A stretch of DNA of 47,457 bases from a virus, in the IMG/VR virus record IMGVR_UViG_3300031813_000041. One strand, 5' to 3'. The translations under genes and the position numbers were made by a program. Positions 18,695 to 29,054 of this stretch are shown in pieces (the first letter of the stretch is position 1; every line of letters begins with the position of its first letter). Below the pieces are notes generated by a model. The model did not search any database and was not told where the DNA came from. It saw only the letters and a program-made list of their open reading frames with translations.

Positions 18695-18965
18695 GACTGA
18701 TTCCCGTTTCTGGATTGGTAGCGGCTCGATAAACGGCATAGCCCAGAGAAGCAAGAGCAGTTGTACCATTTGCCATCGTATGAAGCTCAGTGCCGCCCAT
18801 ATCAATCTGGATGCCAAGCGCATTCAGAAGCCCTACAAGAGCCGAAAAGAATCCATAGAGGGCAGCGGCACCAGCTTCTGTATTCGTCAGCACGGCACTC
18901 CAAGGGATAGACTTACCCCGCTGGAATACCTGAGTCGCACTGGTGATTGCGGTAAAGATATTCAT
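18681..18965 (-). CDS. Holin candidate
   Basis: 94 aa with hydrophobic segment AGAAALYGFFSALVGLLNALGI. Ends 14 nt inside the endolysin start. Confidence 0.4.
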   Translation of the reverse strand: MNIFTAITSATQVFQRGKSIPWSAVLTNTEAGAAALYGFFSALVGLLNALGIQIDMGGTELHTMANGTTALASLGYAVYRAATNPETGISHGDK

Positions 18966-19249
18966 GCAGAAGGGCCATTAGCGCCTGGAGTGGTCGGAAC
19001 AGCACTTGCTCCAGTTGGGCCGCTTACATTAACCGTGGTAAGAGAAGAATCTGCGGTTACATTAGCTACCTCTTCAGCCACGGATGCCGCCGCTACAGTA
19101 GCCGCCACATCCTCGGGGGCAACAACCGCTTCAATGGCTTCAGCAACAGGAGCCGCCGCACCAGCAAGAACTGCAAGTTCATGAAGAACGGCCTTCAGAT
19201 CTTCGCCAATAGATTCACCAAGTGCTTCAATTTTGTCTTTCAAACTCAT
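18962..19249 (-). CDS. Hypothetical Ala/Val/Glu-rich protein
   Basis: 95-aa ORF, overlapping start/stop with its neighbour. Confidence 0.45.
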   Translation of the reverse strand: MSLKDKIEALGESIGEDLKAVLHELAVLAGAAAPVAEAIEAVVAPEDVAATVAAASVAEEVANVTADSSLTTVNVSGPTGASAVPTTPGANGPSA

Positions 19250-19258
19250 ATTAATCTC

Positions 19259-19489
19259 CTAGTATTCACAATCTAACGCTATTGCAGGATTGTATAGGTA
19301 AGCCGTTAAATCTTGCATCAGAATCTTAAAGTCCATTCCTACATTAGTTGGCTGAATGGTTTTTGGCAATTCCGTATCAGGCATAACTGTGCATTTAATG
19401 TCTTGCGGCTTACTCCCTGCGACCAACTTAATCTGATATGTATAAGAACAACCAGAAACAAGAATGATTGCAAGGAGAATATAAATCAT
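19259..19489 (-). CDS. Lipoprotein (o-spanin candidate)
   Basis: MIYILLAIILVSGC has a lipobox-like VSGC after a hydrophobic signal; 76 aa. Confidence 0.55.
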   Translation of the reverse strand: MIYILLAIILVSGCSYTYQIKLVAGSKPQDIKCTVMPDTELPKTIQPTNVGMDFKILMQDLTAYLYNPAIALDCEY

Positions 19490-20346
19490 TGAATGGCTTC
19501 TATGATGATGATGCCATTACCGCCATTGGCGCCATTACCAGCAATAAGACTACCACCACCACCGCCACCATAACCACCTTGTCCACCGTTAATGCCACCT
19601 CCTGCACCGGTTCCGCCACCGCCGCCGCCCCCCATGCCTCCAGATCCTCCTCCAATAGAGGATTCTGCGCCACCAGCACCATAACCTGCTTGGGACGCTA
19701 TGAATGCACCATAGCTTGTGCCGTTATACGCCAATCCTGATGTTCCTCCGAGTCCGGGGAAAAGGCCAAGGCCAAATCCGTCAACACCTGCATTGCCGCC
19801 ATTACTTCCTCCACCGGCAGTCATCCAGCCGCCGCCGCCACCATAACCTGCGCCCCCGGTGCCATATCTATGACCACTTGCACCACCGCCACCAGAGACG
19901 CCACCTGCGCCACCAGTATTGTTTGTGGTTCCTCCGGTTGCTGTTCCTCCGCTTCCTGAACTAGAACCTGAACCAGTTCCTGCGCCACCGCCATTTGCAG
20001 TCATTCCATTGATAATGCTATTGCCGCCAGATGTTGGAGAAGTGCTTGGAGATCTTCCTCCGGCACCTGCTGCTCCTACCGTATAGGTGACAGTCGAGAG
20101 AGGCGTAACAGTAGCGATCATTTCCGCATAACCGCCGCCGCCACCACCGCCACCGGCTGCATAACCACCACCGCCACCACCTACGCAAGCAAATCTGACC
20201 TTGGTTACATTTGCTGGAATGGTGAATGTACGAGTTCCGGGAACCGTATCAAGGAGAATGATCGAACTCTTTATTGTCCCTGCGGTTGTAGCCGTCAGAT
20301 AGACGTTGTAGTTCGTTGATGAAAGAAAATCGCTTATCTGTGGCAT
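19486..20346 (-). CDS. Glycine-rich protein 2 (poly-Gly tracts), fibre-associated
   Basis: N-terminal RTFTIPANVTKVRFACVGGGGGG then repeated GGGGG tracts. Directly follows the tail fibre gene, the same layout as 13455..14363. Confidence 0.65.
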   Translation of the reverse strand: MPQISDFLSSTNYNVYLTATTAGTIKSSIILLDTVPGTRTFTIPANVTKVRFACVGGGGGGYAAGGGGGGGGYAEMIATVTPLSTVTYTVGAAGAGGRSPSTSPTSGGNSIINGMTANGGGAGTGSGSSSGSGGTATGGTTNNTGGAGGVSGGGGASGHRYGTGGAGYGGGGGWMTAGGGSNGGNAGVDGFGLGLFPGLGGTSGLAYNGTSYGAFIASQAGYGAGGAESSIGGGSGGMGGGGGGGTGAGGGINGGQGGYGGGGGGSLIAGNGANGGNGIIIIEAIQ

Positions 20347-21533
20347 TAGACAAATCTCCAGTCTGAACCGTTATACCAAACCGTAAATTGCTGATCGCTT
20401 ACGTTGATAGTGAATGGGGACGAATATCCCATGATCGTGTTTCCGTTTCCTGCAAGCGTCCAGTTATTTGTTCCCCACATACCATCCGAATCCATGAACG
20501 TAACCGTGGTTCCGGTATTGGGAGAGGCAGGAAGAGTCAGTGTAAACCCGCCAGCAGTTGTGTTGACATTGTAATACTCGCTCTGCACAGTCGTAGATGA
20601 GTTCACATAAGCCCAGGGACGAGAATTCAAATTAACAAACGCTGTTGTAGCGAGCTTAGTTGATTTGTCTCCCACTGTAGGCGTAGGCGCTGTTGGCGTT
20701 CCTGTTAAAGCGGGCGAATCAAGAGGGGCATAACTTGTGGCTACAAATGCCGTTGTCGCAATGTCTGTGCTGTTATCGCCCGGACTAGGAGTAGGGGCTT
20801 TTGGGGTCCCTGTAAATGTAGGTGACGCTATAGGAGCCGCACCGGGGATATCTCCAACAGCAAGGCTGACAATGCCCGTCTTGCCATTAACGCTCTGAAC
20901 CGGAGCAAACCCAAGATTGCTGATAACCTGGTCATAAGAAGGGGACTGAAGTCTCCACGATGAGTCGCTTGTATTGTAGTTAAGATCAAGAACCGTATTG
21001 GCAACAATCTGCCCGACTTGAAGTGCCGATCCATCTGCGTTTTTGATAGTAGCCGCACCTAATCCATTCAGATTTAGGGTCGGAGTTGTAGTTGTGCTTG
21101 TATGCGTAGTCGCAAACGAGACAGGCATACCCAGATAGTAGGCAGAAGCCGCTTGAGGGGTGTTTACAACGTAGGCGTTGACCAAGCCTGTATCAGTGCC
21201 GAAATAAGGCTGAAGGAACTGCGAGTAGGTTCCCGCTGTAGCTACGTTTGCAATAAGGTCAAGAACACTCCAGGAAGAAGCAGTCGTTCCTTCTTGCCCG
21301 CGCACAACCGTCAGGACATCGCCAGATCGTGATGTGCAATAAACAACTTCAATTACCGTATCTGGGGAAGCAGCAGCCGTTAATGCAATCCTAAAGAATT
21401 GAGTTCCTGATGCAGGGCTTGGAAATTTACTTCCTGTACCTGATGAAACGGTGATTGTTGTTTGACTGGCTGTAATCGAACTAGCCAGAGTGCTTTGTGC
21501 ATTGTTTGCGTAAAGTTCAATTAGAGCCGTCAT
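20346..21533 (-). CDS. Tail fibre protein
   Basis: Twice-repeated motif SP.FTGTPKAPTPSPGDNSTDIATTAFV / SPALTGTPTAPTPTVGDKSTKLATTAFV, typical of P2 H-like fibre repeats (from memory). Positioned after the baseplate genes. Confidence 0.8.
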   Translation of the reverse strand: MTALIELYANNAQSTLASSITASQTTITVSSGTGSKFPSPASGTQFFRIALTAAASPDTVIEVVYCTSRSGDVLTVVRGQEGTTASSWSVLDLIANVATAGTYSQFLQPYFGTDTGLVNAYVVNTPQAASAYYLGMPVSFATTHTSTTTTPTLNLNGLGAATIKNADGSALQVGQIVANTVLDLNYNTSDSSWRLQSPSYDQVISNLGFAPVQSVNGKTGIVSLAVGDIPGAAPIASPTFTGTPKAPTPSPGDNSTDIATTAFVATSYAPLDSPALTGTPTAPTPTVGDKSTKLATTAFVNLNSRPWAYVNSSTTVQSEYYNVNTTAGGFTLTLPASPNTGTTVTFMDSDGMWGTNNWTLAGNGNTIMGYSSPFTINVSDQQFTVWYNGSDWRFV

Positions 21534-21536
21534 AGA

Positions 21537-22172
21537 TTAACTCAGGGTGACGTTGTAAGAAAATCTAAAGGGAAGCGCAAGCACTTGCTGCTGTATAGCT
21601 GCCTCTAGATATTGGCCCATTGGTTCGGGCGTATTGGTGATTACAATGTTGCAAGTAGGTGATGGCGTTTCAACAAAAGTAACGCTTATGTTTGCCGTGT
21701 AAGCAAAAACAGGATTAGTACCGTTAATGCCATACAGAAATCTATAAATCCTTCTCTTTAGCCAAGGAATTGTGAAAGCAAATCCATCATCCTTGTAGTA
21801 CCACCAAGTTAGAACTCTTTGATAAACATCATCAGGGGTCGTATAGATTGTCGTTGGCTGTATGTCTACCAGATCAGAAATAGCAACATCATCAAGCGCA
21901 TAGGACGCAATTTGTCCTTTGACTGTTGATGCTGATCCAGCCAGTGTTGGCCTAGGGATTCCATATATTCCCTGACCCACCCAATCCAATAACGCCCCAT
22001 TCAGTCCAGAATAAATTGGAAGGTTTACATTATTGAACCAATCCACATATTCTTGAGTAAGCGTGTTGTATGCTTGAACTAACGCATTCAGATCAGGATC
22101 GTTCTGATATTGAAAGTAAAGATACGATGGTATCGTTTTCGTTACATTCGTTGAATACGTTGGTAATGACAT
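21537..22172 (-). CDS. Baseplate/tail-fibre adaptor (P2 gpI-like position)
   Basis: 211 aa between the J-like baseplate gene and the fibre. Assignment by position only. Confidence 0.45.
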   Translation of the reverse strand: MSLPTYSTNVTKTIPSYLYFQYQNDPDLNALVQAYNTLTQEYVDWFNNVNLPIYSGLNGALLDWVGQGIYGIPRPTLAGSASTVKGQIASYALDDVAISDLVDIQPTTIYTTPDDVYQRVLTWWYYKDDGFAFTIPWLKRRIYRFLYGINGTNPVFAYTANISVTFVETPSPTCNIVITNTPEPMGQYLEAAIQQQVLALPFRFSYNVTLS

Positions 22173-22175
22173 CCT

Positions 22176-23612
22176 TTATCCCTGAGTGAATGTAATGTTT
22201 GACGTTATCATGTAGTAGTAACCTTCCGGGTCACCAACTACCGTATTCGTACCAACCGCAGGAACCACAGCCACTCCATTGATTGCAATTGCAAAAACAA
22301 TATGAGTCAAAAGAGGTGTAGGAATCAAAGAAACAACGGCCTCTTGGAAAATGTACTGTAGCTCATAAATGTTGATGCTTTGGCCTGGGCCAAGACCGTT
22401 CACGTAATCACAGATTGGTTGCCCCGCTTGCGCTGCAATAGCGGCATTCGTGATGATTGATGAGGATGTTGTATTCCACGTTACAGTCATAGTGACGGGC
22501 TGCTGGATTGGGATCACATATGGGATCGTATACGAATCTGGCTTATCGTAAATCGTAACGCTTTGATTTCTAGGGATAGTACCAGTCGTTCCAACAGTCA
22601 CAACACCGTTACCAGTGTAGGTTCCAGAAGATGAATAGGGGATAGTGAAGGAGAATGGATCGCCGCTGACGGGCGTTACGCTCCACGTTCCATTAATCCC
22701 GGTAATGCCAGTCGCGTTTGCAATTTTTATTGACTCACCAGAAGTGAATCCTGTAACCAAATTGGTTGTGATCTTTGTAGGGCTACCAGTAGTGACGGAT
22801 ACAACCTGCATGATGGACCCGCATAGCGTGTTCGGATCTCCGCAAGAACTATAAATTGCCGCAGCCACAGCCGTAGGATCACCACCGCCTACAATGACTT
22901 CCCACTTGGCGGGAGAGTAATAAGCATTCTGTCTGACGCTAATCAGAGATTGAACGACACCAGATACCTGCGCTACCGCAGTCCTAATCGCTGATGTGGT
23001 TCCTGATGGTCCTACCGTATAAGCGGCAATAACTTGCGCTCTATAATCCTCCGGGGATTGAATGGAAGTGCTTGGAGTTCCTGTCGTAGGATTTGTAACG
23101 GTAAGCGTTATGCCTGTAGGGATTGAGGTCGAAATCGTTGTGACAGAATTCGCAGGGACCGCCCATGATCCAGTAGAGTTAGAGACACAATAAACCGTAT
23201 TGCTAGATCCGGTTGAGTCAATGACGCTAGCTTGCTGAGTGATGTATTGATATGTTCCATCTGAAACAATTACACCTTGTGGGATTACATATCCCGGCGT
23301 ACCAGAGAACACCACATTGACGGATGTATTGCTACCCAGTCCCTGCTGAACACCTACGAGTTGTCCTTGCTGATTAAGGACAAATAGATTGCATCCATAT
23401 GGCGTTATGGAATTAATTGTTTCAACTTGAGCCTGATCGATCAGAACAAGTGCAGCGGTATCCGTGGATGCGATATCTTCGATTAATGTCCCCGGAAGAT
23501 TGGCGGTAAGCCCAGGGTCGGAAGCAGTAGCCAGCGCAATAAGCTGTGAGTTCAGAGAGGCGGGACTCTGAGGGCTTGCTCCAGCGGCAGTCATAACTAC
23601 GGGTAGCGACAT
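22176..23612 (-). CDS. Baseplate wedge protein (gpJ/gp6-like position)
   Basis: 478 aa following the small W-like gene. Assignment by gene order and size. Confidence 0.5.
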   Translation of the reverse strand: MSLPVVMTAAGASPQSPASLNSQLIALATASDPGLTANLPGTLIEDIASTDTAALVLIDQAQVETINSITPYGCNLFVLNQQGQLVGVQQGLGSNTSVNVVFSGTPGYVIPQGVIVSDGTYQYITQQASVIDSTGSSNTVYCVSNSTGSWAVPANSVTTISTSIPTGITLTVTNPTTGTPSTSIQSPEDYRAQVIAAYTVGPSGTTSAIRTAVAQVSGVVQSLISVRQNAYYSPAKWEVIVGGGDPTAVAAAIYSSCGDPNTLCGSIMQVVSVTTGSPTKITTNLVTGFTSGESIKIANATGITGINGTWSVTPVSGDPFSFTIPYSSSGTYTGNGVVTVGTTGTIPRNQSVTIYDKPDSYTIPYVIPIQQPVTMTVTWNTTSSSIITNAAIAAQAGQPICDYVNGLGPGQSINIYELQYIFQEAVVSLIPTPLLTHIVFAIAINGVAVVPAVGTNTVVGDPEGYYYMITSNITFTQG

Positions 23613-23620
23613 GATCTATC

Positions 23621-23992
23621 TCAGGTTGGAATAGGAACAGATGCGTTGATGATGCTGCCGGATTGAGTAATCACATTCACATCATACACAGGCGTTGGCA
23701 CATTATACTGGTTTAACTGATTGACCTTTGTGATTTTCAGTAGCGCAAAATAAGGCGCGTATTGCTGTTGAGTTGTATATACAGCCATATCTGGAAACAC
23801 CTGAGTAGCAATGCTATTTTGGGCGGGAATCCCATAGTTTGCATAAATGGGTGATTCATTAGTTTGAAGCTGAAGGACTTGGCAAAGGGCAGTGACAAAC
23901 ACTGCATCATTGTATCCATTGGCATCTGTAGAAACTTCAGTCCACGCATATCCCAAGTCATTGTTGGCTGGGCTTCTTCCCCAAACTCTCAT
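23621..23992 (-). CDS. Small baseplate protein (gpW/gp25-like position)
   Basis: 123 aa between the spike and the J-like gene. Positional assignment. Confidence 0.4.
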   Translation of the reverse strand: MRVWGRSPANNDLGYAWTEVSTDANGYNDAVFVTALCQVLQLQTNESPIYANYGIPAQNSIATQVFPDMAVYTTQQQYAPYFALLKITKVNQLNQYNVPTPVYDVNVITQSGSIINASVPIPT

Positions 23993-24864
23993 ACCTTGCC
24001 TCCAGTTGTTCCAGTGACAGCGCCAGACGGTGATGTAAGCGTTCCTGCCGAATGCGTATGTGCCGTATATGCTTGTCCATTGATGACAAGCGTTCCTGTT
24101 ATTGATATTCCGCTACTGTTTACCGTGACATTGTTGGAGCCAAATGTAAGACTAGCTTGGCTTGAGCTTACGGTAACGTTATTGTTTCCAACAACAAGAG
24201 TGATGCCTCCTGATGCGGCCCTATTAATGGTTGCAATACAGTTGCCGTCTTTATCTTGTAACTGGATTTTGTTATTAGTGACAGTCTCAACCATATTGAC
24301 TGTTTGTGTTGCTCCGGATGTCGTAATGTCTTGAATGGTGACGCCATTGCTCGCAACGATGATCCTTCCATTGACTAACTGATTTCCATCTTCATCAACA
24401 TTAAGATCCTGCAGAATAACGCCATCCGGACCGTATACCCAGGTCGAATTAATGTCTGGACTTACAGGAAAGGCAGCTATGCCATTTTTGTTTCCTTTAG
24501 TGGCAATCGGCTCAAAAGCTAGAAGGGCTTCATAGTTGCCGTCTTGACCAAAATCAGGACTGCCATCTTTCTGACCGCTTATTGGGTAAAGGCTAATGTC
24601 TGCTTTTCTAGCGATACCCACATCACCAATCTGAATTGGGAGTCGGACATATTGAGACTCCATGATCGGGATGGTGATATTGGAAAATAAATCAGATAAG
24701 TTATTTACGGCAATAGATACGGTGACAAATAGACCATCGTCACTAATTGATTGAACCTGACATGGTAATGACCATCCGTTTTCCTGTAGGGCAGATTTAA
24801 TCTGATATGCAGATATCTGCTGCAATCCCTGCCCTATAGGATATCTAGCACCATAATTATTCAT
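23989..24864 (-). CDS. Baseplate central spike (gpV/Mu gp45-like)
   Basis: 291 aa. C-terminal beta-helix-like NVTV repeats and the ending AHTHSAGTLTSPSGAVTGTTGG are reminiscent of spike tips. Confidence 0.55.
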   Translation of the reverse strand: MNNYGARYPIGQGLQQISAYQIKSALQENGWSLPCQVQSISDDGLFVTVSIAVNNLSDLFSNITIPIMESQYVRLPIQIGDVGIARKADISLYPISGQKDGSPDFGQDGNYEALLAFEPIATKGNKNGIAAFPVSPDINSTWVYGPDGVILQDLNVDEDGNQLVNGRIIVASNGVTIQDITTSGATQTVNMVETVTNNKIQLQDKDGNCIATINRAASGGITLVVGNNNVTVSSSQASLTFGSNNVTVNSSGISITGTLVINGQAYTAHTHSAGTLTSPSGAVTGTTGGKV

Positions 24865-25139
24865 GGAGAAATCACTAGGGTTTGGTTGGCGGGATAGTAA
24901 TACATGGTGCTTGTGCTGAAATATCCAGCAAGGATGTTTACAGGAGCAACGCCTTCTGTTGTAGAACTACCAATCAGAGCGACATTGACAACAATGTTCC
25001 CATATTGATCTTGGATGCTTATGTAGCTCCTTTGACCGAAATATAGCCAATAAACTGTACAGCTATATTGCACCTTGCCAAGGGTTGCCTGAAAGTTGAT
25101 AGGGGTAGCATAGGCTAATGGGATATTGATTGTTGTCAT
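24861..25139 (-). CDS. Hypothetical baseplate-module protein
   Basis: 92-aa ORF, overlapping start/stop codons with its neighbours. Confidence 0.5.
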   Translation of the reverse strand: MTTINIPLAYATPINFQATLGKVQYSCTVYWLYFGQRSYISIQDQYGNIVVNVALIGSSTTEGVAPVNILAGYFSTSTMYYYPANQTLVISP

Positions 25140-25777
25140 TGCTGTACTACCGATCCGTTAGATATTGAACTAAGGCCAGATGATAATAGCGATGAAATCG
25201 GGTTTCCAGTGCCGCCTATGGTTAAAAGAGGCTGAGTGAAATCAAACTGCCATGACATTTGAGATTGATTGGACTCACCGGCTGATACATCAATCATCTG
25301 TGTAAGCAAGCAATTAGTATAAACATAGCTAGGGGTCGCAACAGTAAACGTGCCGCCATTGTTTATATGAACCTGAATGAATGCTTGTAATGCCTCCATT
25401 GTTGCCAGCTTTACAGAAAAAGGCGCAGAGTTACTGGCGGGGCAATGACCCAGCAGGGAGATATTCAAAGGCTGTTGAACCTGAGAGTTTGCGGCAATTT
25501 GGTTCGTGTAAAACGGGAATTCAGAAATTTCTGATTTCCAAAGAGAGCCGCCTGGAAGAGGCCTGAATGTGAAGAATGGTTGCTGTGGCAGCTCTACGTT
25601 GGCGCTACTGATGATTCCGCTAAAGGTTGTTCCCGCAACAGATAACGCTTCAGTGACCGCGATAATGGGAAGCCCTATGGAGCCAAAAATAGGATTCACA
25701 GAGGATAGAATGCCGCCAGTAAAATATATGGGACTCCATTCAAAAGCGAGTGTATATGCTGAACTAACCGGATTCAT
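25136..25777 (-). CDS. Hypothetical baseplate-module protein
   Basis: 213-aa ORF in the operon. Confidence 0.5.
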   Translation of the reverse strand: MNPVSSAYTLAFEWSPIYFTGGILSSVNPIFGSIGLPIIAVTEALSVAGTTFSGIISSANVELPQQPFFTFRPLPGGSLWKSEISEFPFYTNQIAANSQVQQPLNISLLGHCPASNSAPFSVKLATMEALQAFIQVHINNGGTFTVATPSYVYTNCLLTQMIDVSAGESNQSQMSWQFDFTQPLLTIGGTGNPISSLLSSGLSSISNGSVVQQ

Positions 25778-25785
25778 TCTCGCTC

Positions 25786-27024
25786 CTAAAACAGTGTTTC
25801 TGATGGTGATCCATAAGGAGACTGAGCGGAAACTTGCCCAGAAGTATCTGCTCCTGAATATGGACTTAATTGATCTTCTCTAAGACCACCATCTGCATCA
25901 ATGTAAGTTACCCATGCAGTAGGGCTTGGATCACGATATCTGCCTACATGACGCATTCTTAATACCTGCAATTTAAGGTTTTCACCATTGAAATAGTAGA
26001 ACTGGCTTGCAGTTGTACTTGATGCAGGAACAATGATATTCGACTGAATGCCATTTGGGTATTGAATAAAGTTGTTTACCCGGATGTCATTTCTCATGGG
26101 ATGGATAGACTGAATAATGCCCGCCGCCGATATCCAAGTTGGCTGACCAACAAATTCCTGTAATTGTAGCTTTGTCACTTCTGACGCCGCCGCAGATGAG
26201 GCATTTGCTGGAGGTGGAGCGGTTCCATCACACGCTATGACATAATTCGATACCGGATCAGCATAAAGAACCACCCCGGTATAGGGCTGGAAGTTGCCGA
26301 TCAAACTTTTATTCTGTGCTTTTGATGGATTGATGGAGTTAGGTGGATTTAGAAGCTGTGTTTGCCTTTGAATGGCTGCGGCAAACTTCTCCATTGTTGT
26401 GTACGCAAGTGAGAATTTCGGCATTGAATTAATGCCATACTTGCCGTTTGCATCAAGATTTCCCACGCACCCTGCATAACCAAGATTTCTAAAGAACGAA
26501 TCTAGCTTACTGATGAATGTGCCTCCTTGGTTTCCATTTGGGGGGTTCCATGAAAACGCATAAAACTGCGGGGTCGTAGAGTAAATGTTCGCAGATAAGT
26601 TCAAATATGGAGATCCAGCCCTAGGTACAGGGTTGATAAGGAAGTCCATTGTTAGATTGGTTCCAGCCCAGTTCCCGTAGCATCCTTGCACGGTTCCTTT
26701 TGCAATCAATCCAGATTGATATGGATTCGCTAATGGGAGACCCGTCTTGAATCCAGCATAGAGATTGCAATCAAGGGAATTATAAAGTCTCGCCATCCCT
26801 AACATTGATTTAGGGACGTTATGTAGCGTGATGTGATACGGCTGTGCTGATAGGCCGCTCTCAGTGATTTCGCAATCAAAGGAGATCTCTAAACAGCCCG
26901 GATTGTAAGCACCATTTGGATGCGACTCAAAGACAGCGTAATCGTTGTAGACATCATTTGAATTGATGACATCAGCGATTTCGCCAGTCTGAGGATTTAC
27001 AAATTCAAGCCTGTAGTATCTCAT
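25786..27024 (-). CDS. Baseplate hub / tail protein (gpD-like position)
   Basis: 412 aa directly downstream of the tape measure. Positional assignment. Confidence 0.4.
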   Translation of the reverse strand: MRYYRLEFVNPQTGEIADVINSNDVYNDYAVFESHPNGAYNPGCLEISFDCEITESGLSAQPYHITLHNVPKSMLGMARLYNSLDCNLYAGFKTGLPLANPYQSGLIAKGTVQGCYGNWAGTNLTMDFLINPVPRAGSPYLNLSANIYSTTPQFYAFSWNPPNGNQGGTFISKLDSFFRNLGYAGCVGNLDANGKYGINSMPKFSLAYTTMEKFAAAIQRQTQLLNPPNSINPSKAQNKSLIGNFQPYTGVVLYADPVSNYVIACDGTAPPPANASSAAASEVTKLQLQEFVGQPTWISAAGIIQSIHPMRNDIRVNNFIQYPNGIQSNIIVPASSTTASQFYYFNGENLKLQVLRMRHVGRYRDPSPTAWVTYIDADGGLREDQLSPYSGADTSGQVSAQSPYGSPSETLF

Positions 27025-29054
27025 TAGTAATTGGGATTATCGGTGTTCAATTGACCAAACTGACTTGAAAAAGACCAAGAGGCGCTGTTTTCCGGGTTAT
27101 TGAAATTGCGAATAGTAAGCACAGGTGACATTCCTGTTGTGCCTCCAGTCATCCCTGATGGCATATAGGACGCAGACGGAAGTGATCCATTACGGAATGC
27201 GCTCTTTCTAGCGGAATTCATGATGCTGCTGACGAAATTCCGAGTCTCCTGAAATGGAGGTATCTGGTTTCCGTACTGCTTAACTCTGCCGGGACCGGCA
27301 TTGTATGCTGCAAGAGCAAGATCATAAGAACCAAATTCTTCAAGGTTCTGCTTCAGATATTTACCTGATTCAAGGATATTTTGATAGGGATCGAATGGAT
27401 CTGTGACGCCAAGCATTATGGCAGTGCCAGGCATAAGTTGACCAAACCCCATAGCGCCTTTCTTGCTGACGGCTTTCGTGTTACCACCGCTTTCCTGAAA
27501 AAGCATACTGGTGAAGATGCTTTCATCAAGGCCGAGGTCTTTTGCCACTTTCTTTGCGTAATCCCAAGCGGACCCAGCGGCACTAGAAACCTTTCCCCCA
27601 GCTGCATTCGCTACGCCAGCCGCCTCTTCAATAGCCGGTGTTACATAGTAATTGATCCATTCAGCACCTGTCTCTAGCGCACCAAGTCCCAGCCTTGCAT
27701 TCCATTCAAGTAACGTGAATCCAATCTCAGCGACCTTTGAAATCAGTTTATAGAATTCACTGTTTGTGATCTTATCAATCCATTCAGAAAGAGGCTTAAA
27801 TTTATCAAGGAACGTCTGAACAATATGATCCCAAGCCTCTCCAGCCCTATTCTGAATCCACTTCCACGCTGATTCTGCAAATGGCTGTATCTGCTTTTGT
27901 ATATTTGCAAACAAAGCTTCCCACTTTCCTGTAGAGATTGCCTCTGCAAGCAGGTTTATGTCCTCTGTAAGACCATCAATGAAGTCTTTAAATGTTCCAG
28001 ATCCCTTCATCAGGTTTGTGGCTACAGCAGTAAATACGCGATTTATAGGCTCAAGAACCGGCTGCATCGCTATAAGGAGTTGATTCTCCATAGCCGCCAT
28101 GCCAGTTTCTCTTTGCGCGCCAAATCTTTCATACGCAAATCGAGTCTCAGTCGGCATCTCAAGAAGGCCTCTACGGCTCTCCCCAATGCCTCTCAGTTCA
28201 TTGAACTGGCCTTGGCTATATGAGCGATAGCGTTGCATGATTTCTGGTCCTGCAAGCCCCTCCAATCCCATTCGTTCAACGAGAATAGGGTTAGAGAGCA
28301 TCTCAAATAGTTGTTGATTCTTGGATGCCTTGAATAGCGCCTCAGATACCATCTGATAACGCTTTTCTGACTCCATGCTCCTCAGTTCTGGCGCAGATAC
28401 ATTCATGCCTACGCGAGACATGACGTTAGAAAGAGCGCCCATTGTGATAGAGGCAGGGTTGTATGCGCCTTCAGTAAGGGCGGCTAACCCACCAGAAACG
28501 TCAGAGAATTTGCCATAAGTAGCCTGGAGCCTACCAATGACATTGGGATTCATAATCCCGTATCCGGTTGCTTGGAATGTCCGGCGAGAAATGTCCTGTG
28601 AGGCCCGTATAAGCCCCGCTAGGGAGATTACTGATCCAATGCTTGTTAAGAGTCCACCAGCACCAACAATTGACTTGGTGAGACTTAAAAACGCTCCACC
28701 TAATTTCTTTCCAGTATCCAGAACAAGATTTGCGCTGAACTTGCTCATACCCATTGTTAGTTTGCCAATGGATTTGGAGAAATCTTCCTGTTTCCTTCTC
28801 AGGATGTCTTGTTGCTTAGTGAATTCCTTTTGAGCGGCAAGCGCCTTCTTGTCTTCATCTTTCTTTTTGGTGGCCTCATCCTTGGCTTGTTTCTTTTCAG
28901 CCTTTTCCTTTTCCTTGGCCTCTTTCTCTTCAGGAGAGGACGGCGCATTACTGCCGCCCCCAAACCGAATCGTCATTTCATTGAGAGCCTTGAGTCTTGC
29001 TTCAAGCTCATCAAGACCAACTACTTTTAACTCAATGACCGATTCGATTGCCAT
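27024..29054 (-). CDS. Tape measure protein with a C-terminal soluble lytic transglycosylase domain
   Basis: 676 aa. Helical K/E-rich N-terminus. SLT motifs LFQESGGN, GFGQLM and AAYNAGPG. Confidence 0.85.
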   Translation of the reverse strand: MAIESVIELKVVGLDELEARLKALNEMTIRFGGGSNAPSSPEEKEAKEKEKAEKKQAKDEATKKKDEDKKALAAQKEFTKQQDILRRKQEDFSKSIGKLTMGMSKFSANLVLDTGKKLGGAFLSLTKSIVGAGGLLTSIGSVISLAGLIRASQDISRRTFQATGYGIMNPNVIGRLQATYGKFSDVSGGLAALTEGAYNPASITMGALSNVMSRVGMNVSAPELRSMESEKRYQMVSEALFKASKNQQLFEMLSNPILVERMGLEGLAGPEIMQRYRSYSQGQFNELRGIGESRRGLLEMPTETRFAYERFGAQRETGMAAMENQLLIAMQPVLEPINRVFTAVATNLMKGSGTFKDFIDGLTEDINLLAEAISTGKWEALFANIQKQIQPFAESAWKWIQNRAGEAWDHIVQTFLDKFKPLSEWIDKITNSEFYKLISKVAEIGFTLLEWNARLGLGALETGAEWINYYVTPAIEEAAGVANAAGGKVSSAAGSAWDYAKKVAKDLGLDESIFTSMLFQESGGNTKAVSKKGAMGFGQLMPGTAIMLGVTDPFDPYQNILESGKYLKQNLEEFGSYDLALAAYNAGPGRVKQYGNQIPPFQETRNFVSSIMNSARKSAFRNGSLPSASYMPSGMTGGTTGMSPVLTIRNFNNPENSASWSFSSQFGQLNTDNPNY

